A stretch of 55,542 nucleotides of DNA. It comes from Thermoprotei archaeon (GTDB lineage: Archaea > Thermoproteota > Thermoprotei > Thermofilales > B15-G2). Within the stretch, counting starts at the first letter, position 1. Each line of letters begins with the position of its first letter. The stretch is taken from positions 1 to 55,542 of the forward strand of contig QMSB01000002.1 of NCBI GenBank assembly GCA_003650815.1, written 5' to 3'. The position numbers and the translations under genes are program-made. The notes beneath the pieces are model-generated. The model searched no databases. It was given only the letters and a program-made list of their open reading frames with translations, and was not told the DNA's origin. This document shows, piece after piece, positions 26,496 through 37,096 of the stretch.

Positions 26496-27863
26496 ATGAC
26501 AAAATATTTCTACTGGCTGGAGCACTTACTACCGATGCGACGAAGAGTAATTATTATGGGCGCTGGCGGCCGCGATTTTCATAATTTCAACGTCTTCTTC
26601 AGAGATAATGAAAACTACGAGGTTATAGCGTTTACAGCCGCCCAAATACCGAATATAGCTGGAAGAATATATCCACCTGAGCTTGCCGGGAGACTTTATC
26701 CTAATGGAATACCTATTTTTCCTGAGGAAAAACTTCCAGAGCTCATAGAGAAGTACCAAGTAGACGAGGTAGTTTTGGCATACAGCGACTTGCTCTTCGA
26801 CGACGTAATGAACAAAGCTTCTCTCATACTGTCGAAAGGTGCTACCTTCAAGATTCTCGGGCCCAAAGACACTATGTTGAAGTCTGAAAAACCTGTAATA
26901 GCGGTCTGTGCAGTGAGAACAGGTGCTGGAAAAAGCACTACTACTAGATATGTTGTGAGAGTACTCAGAAAAAGAGGTCTCATAGTAGGAGTAGTAAGAC
27001 ACCCAATGCCCTACGGAGATCTCAGCAAACAGATAGTGCAGAAGTTTACATGCTACGAAGACTTAGATAGATACGAGTGCACTATAGAGGAGAGAGAGGA
27101 GTATGAGCCTCTTATAAGTATGGGTGTTCCTGTTTACGCTGGTGTAGACTACGAGAAAATATTAAAGCTAGTTGAGAAAGAAAACGATATAATAATATGG
27201 GATGGCGGAAACAACGACTTTCCGTTTTTTAAACCTGATTTAATGATAACGGTCGCTGATCCCACTAGACCAGGGCATGAAGTCTACTCTTATCCAGGAC
27301 AAGTGAACGTTAGGTTAGCAGACATAATTCTCATAAACAAGGTTAACATTGCCTCAGAAGAGAATGTAGAGAAAGTAGTTTATAATGTAAGAAAACTTAA
27401 TCCAAAAGCCATTATCCTTAAAGCATCTTCTGTTATTAAGGTCGATAATCCTGGGCTCATTGAGGGAAAAAGGGTTTTAATTATAGAAGATGGCCCATCT
27501 GTAACACACGGACACTTAGGCTATGGTGCAGGCTACAGAGCGGCTTTAAAGTATGGAGCAAGCGAGATAGTTGATCCGAGACCATATGCTGTGGGTTCTA
27601 TAAAGACTGCTTACAGCCAGTATCCTCATCTAAGCAAAGTTCTTCCAGCCTTGGGCTACGGCTATAATCAAATCAAGGAATTAGAGGAGGTAGTGAATAA
27701 AATAGACTGTGATGTAATTGTGCTTGGAACACCCACTGACCTGCGAAGAATTATCAGGATAAACAAGCCCGTGGTGAGAGTATACTATGAACTAGAGTTT
27801 TCAGAAAAACCGGATTTAGAGGATCTCATAGTAGAAAAACTAAAGTCACTGAATGTTCTCTAG
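26496..27863 (+). CDS. COG2403-type predicted P-loop GTPase
   Basis: Contains VIIMGAGGRDFHNFNVFFRDN, P-loop AVRTGAGKSTTT, RHPMPYGDL, TIEEREEYEP and WDGGNND. Confidence 0.6.
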   Translation: MTKYFYWLEHLLPMRRRVIIMGAGGRDFHNFNVFFRDNENYEVIAFTAAQIPNIAGRIYPPELAGRLYPNGIPIFPEEKLPELIEKYQVDEVVLAYSDLLFDDVMNKASLILSKGATFKILGPKDTMLKSEKPVIAVCAVRTGAGKSTTTRYVVRVLRKRGLIVGVVRHPMPYGDLSKQIVQKFTCYEDLDRYECTIEEREEYEPLISMGVPVYAGVDYEKILKLVEKENDIIIWDGGNNDFPFFKPDLMITVADPTRPGHEVYSYPGQVNVRLADIILINKVNIASEENVEKVVYNVRKLNPKAIILKASSVIKVDNPGLIEGKRVLIIEDGPSVTHGHLGYGAGYRAALKYGASEIVDPRPYAVGSIKTAYSQYPHLSKVLPALGYGYNQIKELEEVVNKIDCDVIVLGTPTDLRRIIRINKPVVRVYYELEFSEKPDLEDLIVEKLKSLNVL

Positions 27864-28676
27864 TTGCCTTTTAATAGACTCAGCGATATCTTGACTTATT
27901 TTGCGTCCTAGCTCTGCGCAGTACATTATTTCATCTAAGGTAAATACTCCACGTCCTCCTTTTTGTATCGCACAAATTTGACCTTCTTCGTTGAATGATA
28001 GTGTAAGTCGGGCGTCCATTATTAACTCTTCTTCATAACAAGGGTCTACGACTATCTTATCTCCTATTTTAGCGAAAGTTACGGGTATAGCTTGGTGCTG
28101 CACTGGGAGAGGTTCTTTCTCTTCTAGTATCTTGATGCTCTCGTTTTCAGTAGAAACCTTAGAGATCTTTGCGCAAAGGAGTGCACAATATGCGGCAAGA
28201 CCAGACGCGTCCATAAGGTTTCCATCATGGTTTAGCGCGTAGATATCTATGTAGAGCGCCCACACTCTTCTTCCTTGAATTATACACAATTTCCTGAGAT
28301 CTACTGCTTTCGTGCTTCTAAGTCCCCTGTCAACGACTCTCGCTATCTCAATATCATCCTCGCCGGGGGGTCCTGGCTCAAAAGTAGGTGATGCTAAAGG
28401 TATCAGTTCTGTGTTCACTATTAGTACTCCCTCGTCTGGAGTGTCTGAAAATGGCATCCCTAAGACACACTTTACTCCGGCTATAACCATAGTATTCCCT
28501 ATATTTACTATAGCCGAACCCTCAGCTTTCTCTATGACGTTAAACTTTACGGAAATTTCCCTGTACTCATCTAGTTTCCGCCCATCAATTCTAGTGCCTT
28601 TCTCTAATAATGCTTCTATTGTTCTCTTCTTAATTACAGGAATTATCTCCTCTGACTTAGCCAAGCTCCTCACCAC
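27846..28676 (-). CDS. rrp42: exosome complex component Rrp42 (RNase PH-like, inactive)
   Basis: Contains [29 protein letters not shown], in operon position after rrp41. Confidence 0.9.
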   Translation of the reverse strand: MVRSLAKSEEIIPVIKKRTIEALLEKGTRIDGRKLDEYREISVKFNVIEKAEGSAIVNIGNTMVIAGVKCVLGMPFSDTPDEGVLIVNTELIPLASPTFEPGPPGEDDIEIARVVDRGLRSTKAVDLRKLCIIQGRRVWALYIDIYALNHDGNLMDASGLAAYCALLCAKISKVSTENESIKILEEKEPLPVQHQAIPVTFAKIGDKIVVDPCYEEELIMDARLTLSFNEEGQICAIQKGGRGVFTLDEIMYCAELGRKISQDIAESIKRQLENIQ

Positions 28677-29388
28677 TTTCTAGATACTTAGATTTAAGAG
28701 CCTCTTTCTGCAACTTATATATTTGCATTATTCCGTTTTTAGCAAGCTTTAATGCTTCTTTCAATTCATCAAGCGTTATAAGGCCGTCTGCCTGTAATAA
28801 TGTTATTTGGTCTAGTCCTGGCATCATTGCCACAGGAATATCGGCCTCTCCGTACTGATCTTCTAAGTGGTTTAGATCTAAAGCTATTTTCCCCTCTATT
28901 TTACCTACGGCAACTGCTGCCACTAAGTCTCTCATAGGTATTCCGGCGTCCGCAAGCGCTACGGCAGCCGCTGTTATCGACGCACATCTAGTTCCACCAT
29001 CCGCCTGTAGGACCTCTATGAAAACATCAATAGAGGTTCTAGGAAACATTTCTAAGAAAAGTGCAGGCTCTAACGCCTGTCGAATAACTTTTGATAACTC
29101 TACTTCTCTTCTTGATGGAGCGGGACTTTTTCTTTCAGGCACAGAGAAAGGCGCCATATGATATCTACATCTCAGTACCGCTCTATCAGGAAGAGCCTGA
29201 TGTCTCGGATGAAGTTCTCTTGGACCATACACAGCTACCATGATCTTGTTTTTCCCCTGCTCAATATAGGCTGATCCGTCAGCATTTTTTAGAACACCTA
29301 CTTCTATCTTTATTGGCCTCAGTTGATCCAGTTTTCGGCCATCTATTCTAAGTCCTTCTTCATTTAAGAGACAGATTTTCCCCTTCAT
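28657..29388 (-). CDS. rrp41: exosome complex exonuclease Rrp41 (RNase PH-like)
   Basis: Contains [32 protein letters not shown] and LQADGGTR. Confidence 0.92.
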   Translation of the reverse strand: MKGKICLLNEEGLRIDGRKLDQLRPIKIEVGVLKNADGSAYIEQGKNKIMVAVYGPRELHPRHQALPDRAVLRCRYHMAPFSVPERKSPAPSRREVELSKVIRQALEPALFLEMFPRTSIDVFIEVLQADGGTRCASITAAAVALADAGIPMRDLVAAVAVGKIEGKIALDLNHLEDQYGEADIPVAMMPGLDQITLLQADGLITLDELKEALKLAKNGIMQIYKLQKEALKSKYLESGEELG

Positions 29389-30089
29389 CAGATAACACCT
29401 TCCTTTTTTGCTTTAATAATCATACTCTTAATTCTGTCGGTCAATCCCGAGATATGTGCTTCTCTCTCTATTATTTTTATCAGCCGGACAGCAAATAGTT
29501 CTCTAGCCTTATTCCTACTTGTCACGAGTATTCTTCCATTCTGTCCAACTATTATTTCACAGCCTAACTCTTTTTCTAACATAGAGATCATGGATCCTTT
29601 CTTACCAATAACTCTTGGAACTTTAACTGGAGATATCTCTACTAGAGATCCTTTTTCTACTTTTCCGAGCCTTGACTCTTTTATTGTGAGCTGAGGGTCT
29701 CTTGTGAGGTCAAAGGCCGTAACCTTTGCGACTATTATGTCACCTATGTCGAGAAACTTTCTGAGCTGTATCTTTGTTATATCTACAGGTTTAGATAAAG
29801 CATCAGACACTTGTAGGTATCCTGTATAAGGAGAATTTATGTCTACTAGCCAGCTAGCTATACCCACGTCTATTATTTTCCCTATAACTATGTCATTTAC
29901 TCTAGGAATATAGCATCCTTTTAGAGGTATTACTGATATCACTCTTCCGTCCTTTATTTCAGCTAAGCCGAGTACGCTGGAGTATATTCTATTCTCTATG
30001 GCGTATACATTACTTCCTAGTGAATAGTTTCCTTCAGCTAGAAGATCTCCTGGAGCAACTATTTGCCGCTGAGTAAAAAATACTGGCAT
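29388..30089 (-). CDS. rrp4: exosome RNA-binding cap subunit Rrp4 (S1 + KH)
   Basis: S1-like region [12 protein letters not shown]...WLVDINSP and KH region [27 protein letters not shown]. Confidence 0.9.
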   Translation of the reverse strand: MPVFFTQRQIVAPGDLLAEGNYSLGSNVYAIENRIYSSVLGLAEIKDGRVISVIPLKGCYIPRVNDIVIGKIIDVGIASWLVDINSPYTGYLQVSDALSKPVDITKIQLRKFLDIGDIIVAKVTAFDLTRDPQLTIKESRLGKVEKGSLVEISPVKVPRVIGKKGSMISMLEKELGCEIIVGQNGRILVTSRNKARELFAVRLIKIIEREAHISGLTDRIKSMIIKAKKEGVI

Positions 30090-30093
30090 GAAC

Positions 30094-30804
30094 TCACCTG
30101 CCTCCTGAACGGCTAACTATTTTTACTTCTCCAGATCCTCTTGTGAGAGAAGCTACTTTATCTATGAGCGTTGACTGAAGACCTGCCGGTATCTCTATTT
30201 CTGCTATCCACGATCCGTCACTTTGATACTCGCTTCTAATCAGCTTGCCTAGTCGCATCACATAGCCTTGAACTTTTCCTATGTACTGCGGCGGTATTTT
30301 CAGCCCCACGATAACTTTCTCCATCTTTAAAGGCAGTACTTTTCTGAGCTCTTTTAAAACATCTGTTACTTGTACTTCCACAGGCTTAAATGGATCAATA
30401 CCTACTCTTACCTGCTGAAGAGCTAGTTCTATTCTTTTGGGAGGAATAGGCAATCCTGTACGTGCATCGACACAGTTCCTCGCAATATACTCTATTATTT
30501 GTCTTCTTTTAGCTTCTATTAGCTCTCTTCGCTGCTCTGCTGTTAGCTGAAGTTCTCCTTCTTTCAGTATTCTCTCAGCTACTTTATAAAAATCCAATGT
30601 ACCAAAGACTTTTCTTATATTCTCTTCAGAAGCTTTGAATCCCTTTCTCGCGTCAGAATAGATAATTTCGCCTTCTACAATCTCTCGTATATTAAGCTTC
30701 TTTCCACTTCGGTATTGCCAGGCTTTTTCTGCATCAACTATTATTTCGAATCTTAATTTACCTTTAGTTAAACGAGCTATAACCTTTTGCCTCTTATCGC
30801 TCAT
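30094..30804 (-). CDS. sdo1: SBDS-family ribosome maturation protein (Sdo1)
   Basis: Contains [25 protein letters not shown] and [12 protein letters not shown]. Confidence 0.9.
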   Translation of the reverse strand: MSDKRQKVIARLTKGKLRFEIIVDAEKAWQYRSGKKLNIREIVEGEIIYSDARKGFKASEENIRKVFGTLDFYKVAERILKEGELQLTAEQRRELIEAKRRQIIEYIARNCVDARTGLPIPPKRIELALQQVRVGIDPFKPVEVQVTDVLKELRKVLPLKMEKVIVGLKIPPQYIGKVQGYVMRLGKLIRSEYQSDGSWIAEIEIPAGLQSTLIDKVASLTRGSGEVKIVSRSGGR

Positions 30805-31525
30805 GGTAAATCTCCCTCATTTTACTCAAATATTTCTTCAGCTCACTAATAGGTATTTTTCTAAACTTTTTAGTCTTAACATCAACATATCCGGCTTCAA
30901 TTATCTCTATTTTTGCCCCACCCTCAATAGTTTTATCAAGCACATAAAGTGATAGAAGAACTGCTTCTTCTAGAGACATATCCTCCTTGTACATCTTCTC
31001 TAGCAGACCGAGAGCAGTTTCTCCTCCCGAGCCTATGGCATGCGCATAAAGACTCAGATAAGAGCCTTGTGGATCTGTCTGCATCAGCTTAGGACCTGTC
31101 TCATCTACTCCAGCTATGAGAAAAGCTACTCCAAAGGGTCTTACTCCTCCATGCTGTGTAAAAGCCTGCTTTATATCACATATTCTCTTAGCTAGTACTT
31201 CTACAGGTATGGGCTCTCCGTAGATCAATCTATGTATTTGAGCATATATTCTGGCTTTGTCTATCAATACTCTTGCATCAGACGCCAGTCCAGCAAAAGT
31301 CAAGCCTATGTGTCCATCTATTTTTTGAATTTTTTCGAATGGCTCAGCTAGTGGATACTGTTTTTTATTTTCGACCGCCAAAACGACGCCTTCTTTACAT
31401 TTGATGCCAATAGAAGTGTATCCTCTACGAACAGCTTCAAACGCATACTCTACTTGATAGAGCCTACCATCTGGGGAAAATATGGTTATTGCTCTATCAT
31501 AGCCCATTGATGGAGCTGTCATCAT
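30794..31525 (-). CDS. psmA: proteasome subunit alpha
   Basis: Contains [24 protein letters not shown]. Confidence 0.95.
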   Translation of the reverse strand: MMTAPSMGYDRAITIFSPDGRLYQVEYAFEAVRRGYTSIGIKCKEGVVLAVENKKQYPLAEPFEKIQKIDGHIGLTFAGLASDARVLIDKARIYAQIHRLIYGEPIPVEVLAKRICDIKQAFTQHGGVRPFGVAFLIAGVDETGPKLMQTDPQGSYLSLYAHAIGSGGETALGLLEKMYKEDMSLEEAVLLSLYVLDKTIEGGAKIEIIEAGYVDVKTKKFRKIPISELKKYLSKMREIYHER

Positions 31526-31558
31526 TGCTTCTCACCGTCATTTTTTCTACACTCCTTG

Positions 31559-31568
31559 CTATAAAAAG
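31559..31568 (-). promoter_or_regulatory. TATA box candidate upstream of psmA
   Basis: The minus strand reads ctttttatag ~34-43 nt upstream of ATG 31525. Confidence 0.4.
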
Positions 31569-31668
31569 ATTATTGTAAGGCTATATTACATACATTAAAT
31601 ATGCGTTACAAAACTAATTACATTATATTAAAATACTTACATGTCTATAAGCTAATTATAGAGCAAAA

Positions 31669-32124
31669 TTATATTAATCCTATATTCTTTAAGTATTCTC
31701 TAGCCTTATTTAGCTTTTTAACTCCCGATGGGAGCTGGATCTTCACTTTAATGATGTCGTCAGAAAATGGTGCTAGTGCTACCTCGCCTTTATAAGCTTT
31801 TTGCTTATCTAGCCGTAAGTAAAGGTTTCCTGAGGAATCTAACCGTAATTTTAGGGTCTCTTTTATTAATTCTTTATCAAAGTCGCTTAGTCTTTCTGAA
31901 ATACATTTTACTACCTCATCTACTTGCTTGGGAGTCGATAACTCAGCTTTTACAACTACTATAGGATTTCCAAAATATCCTCTTAAATTCTCGGTTGATA
32001 TTTTTACAGAACTCCTTAAGTGAGAAGGTATTAAGTTTAATACTGCTTGTTTTACTTTCCTTAGATCTTCGGTTGCGTGGCAAAATGCTTCTATCGATAT
32101 TTTACTGCATGAATTACTCTCCAT
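31669..32124 (-). CDS. UPF0201/COG1931 predicted RNA-binding protein (exosome-superoperon associated)
   Basis: Contains [22 protein letters not shown] (the HaTED..KV signature) and [13 protein letters not shown]. Confidence 0.6.
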   Translation of the reverse strand: MESNSCSKISIEAFCHATEDLRKVKQAVLNLIPSHLRSSVKISTENLRGYFGNPIVVVKAELSTPKQVDEVVKCISERLSDFDKELIKETLKLRLDSSGNLYLRLDKQKAYKGEVALAPFSDDIIKVKIQLPSGVKKLNKAREYLKNIGLI

Positions 32125-32656
32125 GGCTCTTCATTTTCTCTAAAATTCTCTTAACAGTCTCTTTATACTTCTTTTTCTTAGTATATCCGAGTAACCAGTT
32201 GTAGTGAGGATCATTTTTGATTACTGGATGGTGGAGATCGACTAGAATAACTTCATACCATTTGTATTCACCGTCTTCTCCTACCCAATACGAACCTAAG
32301 ACCTCCATGTTAGGGTACTTTCTCGCAGCTTTTTCTTCAGCAATTAATTGGAGACTCTTCTTGGGCGTGTGCCCGTAAATACCCATTCTCTTAGGTCTTC
32401 TACCAGACCGTGGTCTTGGCTTATTCATAGTACCCTTTCTTACTTGGACTCTGACTACAATGATTCCTTGCTTCGCCTTATATCCAAGCGCTCGTGCTCT
32501 ATTTAGCCTAGTTGGCTTAGGAATTCGTGTTACAGTAGGCTCTCTTCTCCATTTAATGAGTCTTTCTTTGAGTACATCTCTCAGGAGCCCCTTGTATGGT
32601 TTTTTCCACATCTTAGCAAGATACTTATACAGTGACATTGCTATCTCCTCACTCAT
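32114..32656 (-). CDS. rpl15e: 50S ribosomal protein L15e
   Basis: Contains [42 protein letters not shown] and GRRPKRMG. The true start is likely the second Met (32638). Confidence 0.9.
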   Translation of the reverse strand: MSEEIAMSLYKYLAKMWKKPYKGLLRDVLKERLIKWRREPTVTRIPKPTRLNRARALGYKAKQGIIVVRVQVRKGTMNKPRPRSGRRPKRMGIYGHTPKKSLQLIAEEKAARKYPNMEVLGSYWVGEDGEYKWYEVILVDLHHPVIKNDPHYNWLLGYTKKKKYKETVKRILEKMKSHGE

Positions 32657-32951
32657 AAATATTAGCGCTATATTAGTTTTCTGCTCATAAAGCTTATTTA
32701 GCTATTGTTTGCAGAACTAATGTGAGTATTTCAGTCTACTACCGAGGTTTCTGAGAGTAGTATTATAGGCTTTTAAGAACTAAAAGTTAAGTATTCTAAA
32801 AATTTGTGAAGTTTACTATAGGTTCGGGTCTTATTTTGTTCACTGGTATAGAAGTTTATAAGTATTCATATAGGCTCTCTTTAACAGCTATCACTATATC
32901 TCCTCAACTGTCACTTCAGACCTAAGCGCCCTATCCTCTACCTCACACTCC

Positions 32952-33881
32952 TTAAGCTTTAATTAATTCTATTATCTTATTAGCTATAATAACTCCAGCT
33001 TTTCTTTGAGCTTCTCTAGTCATTGATCCTATATGTGGTGTGGCGATGACTCTGGGGTGGTTAATTAGTTTAATTTCCCACTCCTCCGTTGGAGGCTCCT
33101 TAGTGAAGACGTCTAGTGCTGCGCCAGCAACAATGCCGCGTTCTAGGGCTAAAAGCAGAGCTTTTCCGTCAATTACTTCTGCCCTCGAAGTGTTTATCAA
33201 GTACACTCCCCTTTTCATGAGCTTGAACTTTTCATCATTTATCATATGATAAGTCTCTTTAGTTAACGGAACATGAATGGTTATTATATCACTTATTTTC
33301 AGCAGTTCGTCGAGAGACTTGGCTGGAGTAATTCCTAGCTTTCTACATGTTTCCTCCATTTTATGTCTTCTAAATCCTACGACTCTCATCCCGAATCCCT
33401 TCGCTATTCTACATACTTCGCTTCCTATATTACCGAGCCCTATTACCCCGAGAGTTTTCCCCTTAAGCTCAAAGCCAAGTAGTTTTTTCTTCAACCATTC
33501 TCCTCTTTTAAGACCGCTCCACCCTATGTGAATCTGCCTAGCTAAACAGAGAATAAGTCCGAAAACAAGTTCAGCTACTGCTGTTGAAAGCGCCTCAGGG
33601 GCGTTAATTACTTTTATTCCCCTACTCCTAGCATAATCTACATCTATGTTATCAAGACCAGATCCTGCTCTAGCGATTATCGTAAGATTTTTTCCTGCAT
33701 CAATAACCTCGCGGGTAACTTTAGTAGCGCTTCTGACTATTATTACGTGATAACCCTTAATAATTCTGGCTAGAACCTCGGGGCTAGGGGACTCTGCTCG
33801 TTCTACTATTAAGCCGCGCTTCTTTAAGATGTCTATAGCTTCTTCTGCTATAGGATCACATATAAGAACCTTGTAGCTCAC
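32952..33881 (-). CDS. D-isomer-specific 2-hydroxyacid dehydrogenase (SerA/GyaR-like, no ACT domain)
   Basis: NAD-binding motif GVIGLGNIGSEV, plus RAEVIDGKAL and the catalytic PHIGSMT. Confidence 0.85.
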   Translation of the reverse strand: MSYKVLICDPIAEEAIDILKKRGLIVERAESPSPEVLARIIKGYHVIIVRSATKVTREVIDAGKNLTIIARAGSGLDNIDVDYARSRGIKVINAPEALSTAVAELVFGLILCLARQIHIGWSGLKRGEWLKKKLLGFELKGKTLGVIGLGNIGSEVCRIAKGFGMRVVGFRRHKMEETCRKLGITPAKSLDELLKISDIITIHVPLTKETYHMINDEKFKLMKRGVYLINTSRAEVIDGKALLLALERGIVAGAALDVFTKEPPTEEWEIKLINHPRVIATPHIGSMTREAQRKAGVIIANKIIELIKA

Positions 33882-34025
33882 GGAAACTATACTTCACTCA
33901 CAGTATTTAACCCTTTACGAATGCCAGCAGGCAGAGAAGGTCACTTGACTCTGAGCAGAAGGAGAGTTTAGTGTTATAGATAAAGCTTTTAGGATAGCTT
34001 GCTCTCTTCAAAGAAGGTAGACTAA

Positions 34026-34880
34026 ATGGTCTCTAAGCCTGATAGAGTGCTCATAGAGCTAAGGAAGGTGTCCTTCAAGTATAAGGGGGCGACGGAGTAC
34101 GCTATAAGAGATATCTCGTTAAGAATACATGAAGGAGAATTTGTCTTAGTAGTAGGTCCTTCAGGATGCGGTAAAACAACTTTGTGTAGAGTATTTAACG
34201 GTTTAATACCTAATTTCTATGAAGGTGAATTCAAAGGTAAGGCAGTGGTTTGCGGATATGATGTTGCTAAAACCCCAACATATATCCTTTCCAAGTATGT
34301 GGGTATGGTGTTTCAAGAACCTGAAAATCAACTCTTTTTCTCAACAGTAGAGAAAGAAATAGTTTTTGGCCTAGAGAACTTGGGTCTTCCTTCCAATGAA
34401 ATAGCTAAGAGGCTTAATGAAGTTGTTGAGTATTTTAAACTGAAACCTTTGCTTAAAAAAGCCCCTTATGAACTTTCTGGGGGGGAGCAGCAAAAAGTAG
34501 CGATAGCTGCGTGTATCGCGATGAGGCCTAAAGTGCTGGTGCTTGATGAACCTACGGCAAATCTAGATCCTATGTCGGCAAAGGATGTTATAGACTTAGT
34601 TAAGAAGCTGAATAGAGAAAGAGGGTTGACTGTTATAATAGTAGAGCACAGAGTAGAATTGATAGCGCCTATAGCTACAAGAATGATAGTCATGAATAGA
34701 GGCAGAATAGTGAGAGATGGTCCTGTGAGAAAAGTACTTTCTTGTGAAGATTTAGTAAGTAAGGGCGTTGCCGTACCTAAGGTTGTTGAAATATATTTTA
34801 AGCTTAAAGCCAAAAACATCAATTTACGAACTGTGCCATTAACTCCTGAAGAACTTAAACAAGAATTATTAAGGGGATAG
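34026..34880 (+). CDS. ecfA1: ECF transporter ATPase component EcfA (CbiO-like)
   Basis: Walker A GPSGCGKTT, signature LSGGEQQKV and Walker B VLVLDEPT. Confidence 0.85.
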   Translation: MVSKPDRVLIELRKVSFKYKGATEYAIRDISLRIHEGEFVLVVGPSGCGKTTLCRVFNGLIPNFYEGEFKGKAVVCGYDVAKTPTYILSKYVGMVFQEPENQLFFSTVEKEIVFGLENLGLPSNEIAKRLNEVVEYFKLKPLLKKAPYELSGGEQQKVAIAACIAMRPKVLVLDEPTANLDPMSAKDVIDLVKKLNRERGLTVIIVEHRVELIAPIATRMIVMNRGRIVRDGPVRKVLSCEDLVSKGVAVPKVVEIYFKLKAKNINLRTVPLTPEELKQELLRG

Positions 34881-34883
34881 TAC

Positions 34884-35729
34884 ATGCCAGAGCCTGACGC
34901 AATACAGGTAAAGGATCTTTACTTTAGGTACGAGGATTCAGACACTTACATACTGAAGGGAGTGAGCTTCAGTATAGAGAGAGGGGAAAAAGTGGCTATA
35001 GTGGGTGAAAATGGCGCAGGAAAGACTACTTTAATAAAACATTTTAATGGATTGTTAAAGCCTACTAAAGGTTCTGTCAGAATTTTTAGCATTGATACTA
35101 AGACTAAAACTGTAGCAGAGCTTTCGAGAAGAGTAGGTCTAGTGTTTCAGAATCCTGATCACCAGTTTTTTGAGGAAACTGTTGAGAAAGAGATAGAATT
35201 TGCTCTTAAAAACTTTAATTTTGATGAAAGTGAGAGGAAACGAATAGTATCAGAGATGCTGCGCTTCTTTGAATTGGAAAAATATAGAGATAGGTCGCCG
35301 TTTCTTTTAAGCGGTGGCGAGAAAAAGAGACTAGCTATAGCCTCTGTACTGTGCTATAATCCTGATATTCTTGTGCTTGATGAGCCTACTGTGGGCCAGG
35401 ATCCTATTCAAAAAGAAAAGCTAAGTGTGCTTCTAGACAAAATTGTAAGCATGGGCAAAACAGTCGTAGTAGTCTCACATGACATGGACTTTGTGGCAGA
35501 AAACTTCAGTAGGGTTATAGTTTTGAGTAAAGGCGTAGTAATTGCTGACGGGAAAACGGAAAATGTGCTTACTAATGAGTCTATTTTAAACAAAGCTAGG
35601 CTTTTACCACCTCAGGTCACCTTATGTGCCTGGAGTCTTTCAAATATTGGCTTAAGAAGAGATATCATTAGAGTTGATGATATTGTTGAGGAAATACTGT
35701 TGTTACTTCAAAGGTGTGCACCATGCTGA
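34884..35729 (+). CDS. ecfA2: ECF transporter ATPase component EcfA'
   Basis: Walker A GENGAGKTT, signature LSGGEKKRL and Walker B ILVLDEPT. Confidence 0.85.
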   Translation: MPEPDAIQVKDLYFRYEDSDTYILKGVSFSIERGEKVAIVGENGAGKTTLIKHFNGLLKPTKGSVRIFSIDTKTKTVAELSRRVGLVFQNPDHQFFEETVEKEIEFALKNFNFDESERKRIVSEMLRFFELEKYRDRSPFLLSGGEKKRLAIASVLCYNPDILVLDEPTVGQDPIQKEKLSVLLDKIVSMGKTVVVVSHDMDFVAENFSRVIVLSKGVVIADGKTENVLTNESILNKARLLPPQVTLCAWSLSNIGLRRDIIRVDDIVEEILLLLQRCAPC

Positions 35730-36457
35730 AGGCTCTTAAATCATTTAAATACATTGAAAAAAGCACGATAATACATAAACTTGACCCGCGTAGCAAAATT
35801 CTTTCAACAATTCTTCTTTCCTTAGGCGTTCTTGTAAGCCAAAAAATCACTCCATTAATAATAGTGACTATATTTTGCATAATATTAGCTATTACAGCAA
35901 AATCTCTCAGACAGCTATTAAGAGTTATACGTGGTATAGCTCCATGGGCAGCATTTATCTTTCTACTAAACTGTTTGACTGGATCAGATAAATTAATGTT
36001 ATCTATAGCCATGTCTATTAAATTCGTATCGCTTGCAGCAGTCTTTTCTCTATTTTTTATAACGACTTCTCCAGAGGACTTTATGTTAGCACTAAATAAT
36101 CTAGGCATGCCTTATGAATACACTCTGGCTTTTACTATGGCTATGAGATTTGTTCCCTCATTAGCTAGAGACCTACAGACAATAATAGACGCTCAGAGGA
36201 GCAGAGGGCTTGAATTGGATAAAGGCAATTTCATTGAGAGAGTAAGGAAATATATCCCAATACTTGTGCCGTTGATAGTATACGAAATTAGGAGAAGCTT
36301 TATGATAGCAGAAGCCTTGGAGTCTAGAGCCTTTGGCTCAGGTAAGCGAAGCTCATTCTATAAGCTTAAAATAACTTACAGAGATTTCGTGTTTGCCATA
36401 TTATCTTCAATACTGTTAGCTGTGATTCTGTTTATAGACATAGCTCTTCCATGGTAA
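35714..36457 (+). CDS. ecfT: ECF transporter transmembrane component EcfT (CbiQ-like)
   Basis: A multi-TM protein with ALESRAF and RSRG motifs typical of the EcfT coupling helices. It overlaps the end of ecfA2. Confidence 0.8.
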   Translation: MCTMLKALKSFKYIEKSTIIHKLDPRSKILSTILLSLGVLVSQKITPLIIVTIFCIILAITAKSLRQLLRVIRGIAPWAAFIFLLNCLTGSDKLMLSIAMSIKFVSLAAVFSLFFITTSPEDFMLALNNLGMPYEYTLAFTMAMRFVPSLARDLQTIIDAQRSRGLELDKGNFIERVRKYIPILVPLIVYEIRRSFMIAEALESRAFGSGKRSSFYKLKITYRDFVFAILSSILLAVILFIDIALPW

Positions 36458-36475
36458 AAGGCTTACTATGTTTTC

Positions 36476-37033
36476 TCATATACTTTCAGTACTCCTCCTT
36501 TTCAGCACTTCTACCCAGGGATTTTCCCTCAAATAGCTAGGTAGAGTTTCTACTTTAGTTTCGGGCGCGCCTTCTTCTCGAGTAGGCAGCTCACTTATTT
36601 TGATGATATATCTTAAAGACCTTAAGTTTTTGTTTAATTCTCTTAGTTGTTCCGTTAAGTTCGATAGTTCTTTAACTAGAGCATGAAGCACTTCAATGTC
36701 TATTTGAGACTTAGTTTCTGCATGCTTAACATACTCTACCTCAACGGTATTTTTTAAATGTAACTCTTTAAAAGCTTCAGCAATTATCTTTGCTAATACT
36801 CTTAGCAGCATCTCTTCGTTTACAAGTATTTCACCGCCTTTACTTGTAATACTTTTCGGCCTAGACTCTACCGCCTGTCCTTTTTCTCTTTGAATTTTCC
36901 TGTATTTAGATAATGCTTTATAAACTGTTTTTATGGATACTTTAAGCTTCTCTGCTATTTCTTTCGGAGCTAGTCCATTTAAATACTCTTTTACAATAGC
37001 CTTTTCGGTATCTGTAAGCCTTATTGACGACAA
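36476..37033 (-). CDS. HTH (resolvase/LuxR-like) plus coiled-coil protein, putative regulator
   Basis: The N-terminal LTDTEKAIVKEYLNGLAPKEIAEKLKVSIKTVYKAL forms the HTH. A central heptad-like segment LVKELSNLTEQLRELNKNL follows. Confidence 0.5.
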   Translation of the reverse strand: MSSIRLTDTEKAIVKEYLNGLAPKEIAEKLKVSIKTVYKALSKYRKIQREKGQAVESRPKSITSKGGEILVNEEMLLRVLAKIIAEAFKELHLKNTVEVEYVKHAETKSQIDIEVLHALVKELSNLTEQLRELNKNLRSLRYIIKISELPTREEGAPETKVETLPSYLRENPWVEVLKRRSTESI

Positions 37034-37096
37034 TGCAGTGACCCTAGTGTAGAGATGAGATAGAGAATATTTTAATGTTATGTTTAGCTAAAGCCT

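Noticed and set aside
33909-33960. TPP-riboswitch-like fragments upstream of the ECF operon (accctttacgaatgccagcagg ... ctgagc).
   Set aside because: The motif order is wrong (the ctgag element should precede the accc...aatgccagc element). The gaacctgatc pyrophosphate-sensor helix is missing on both strands.
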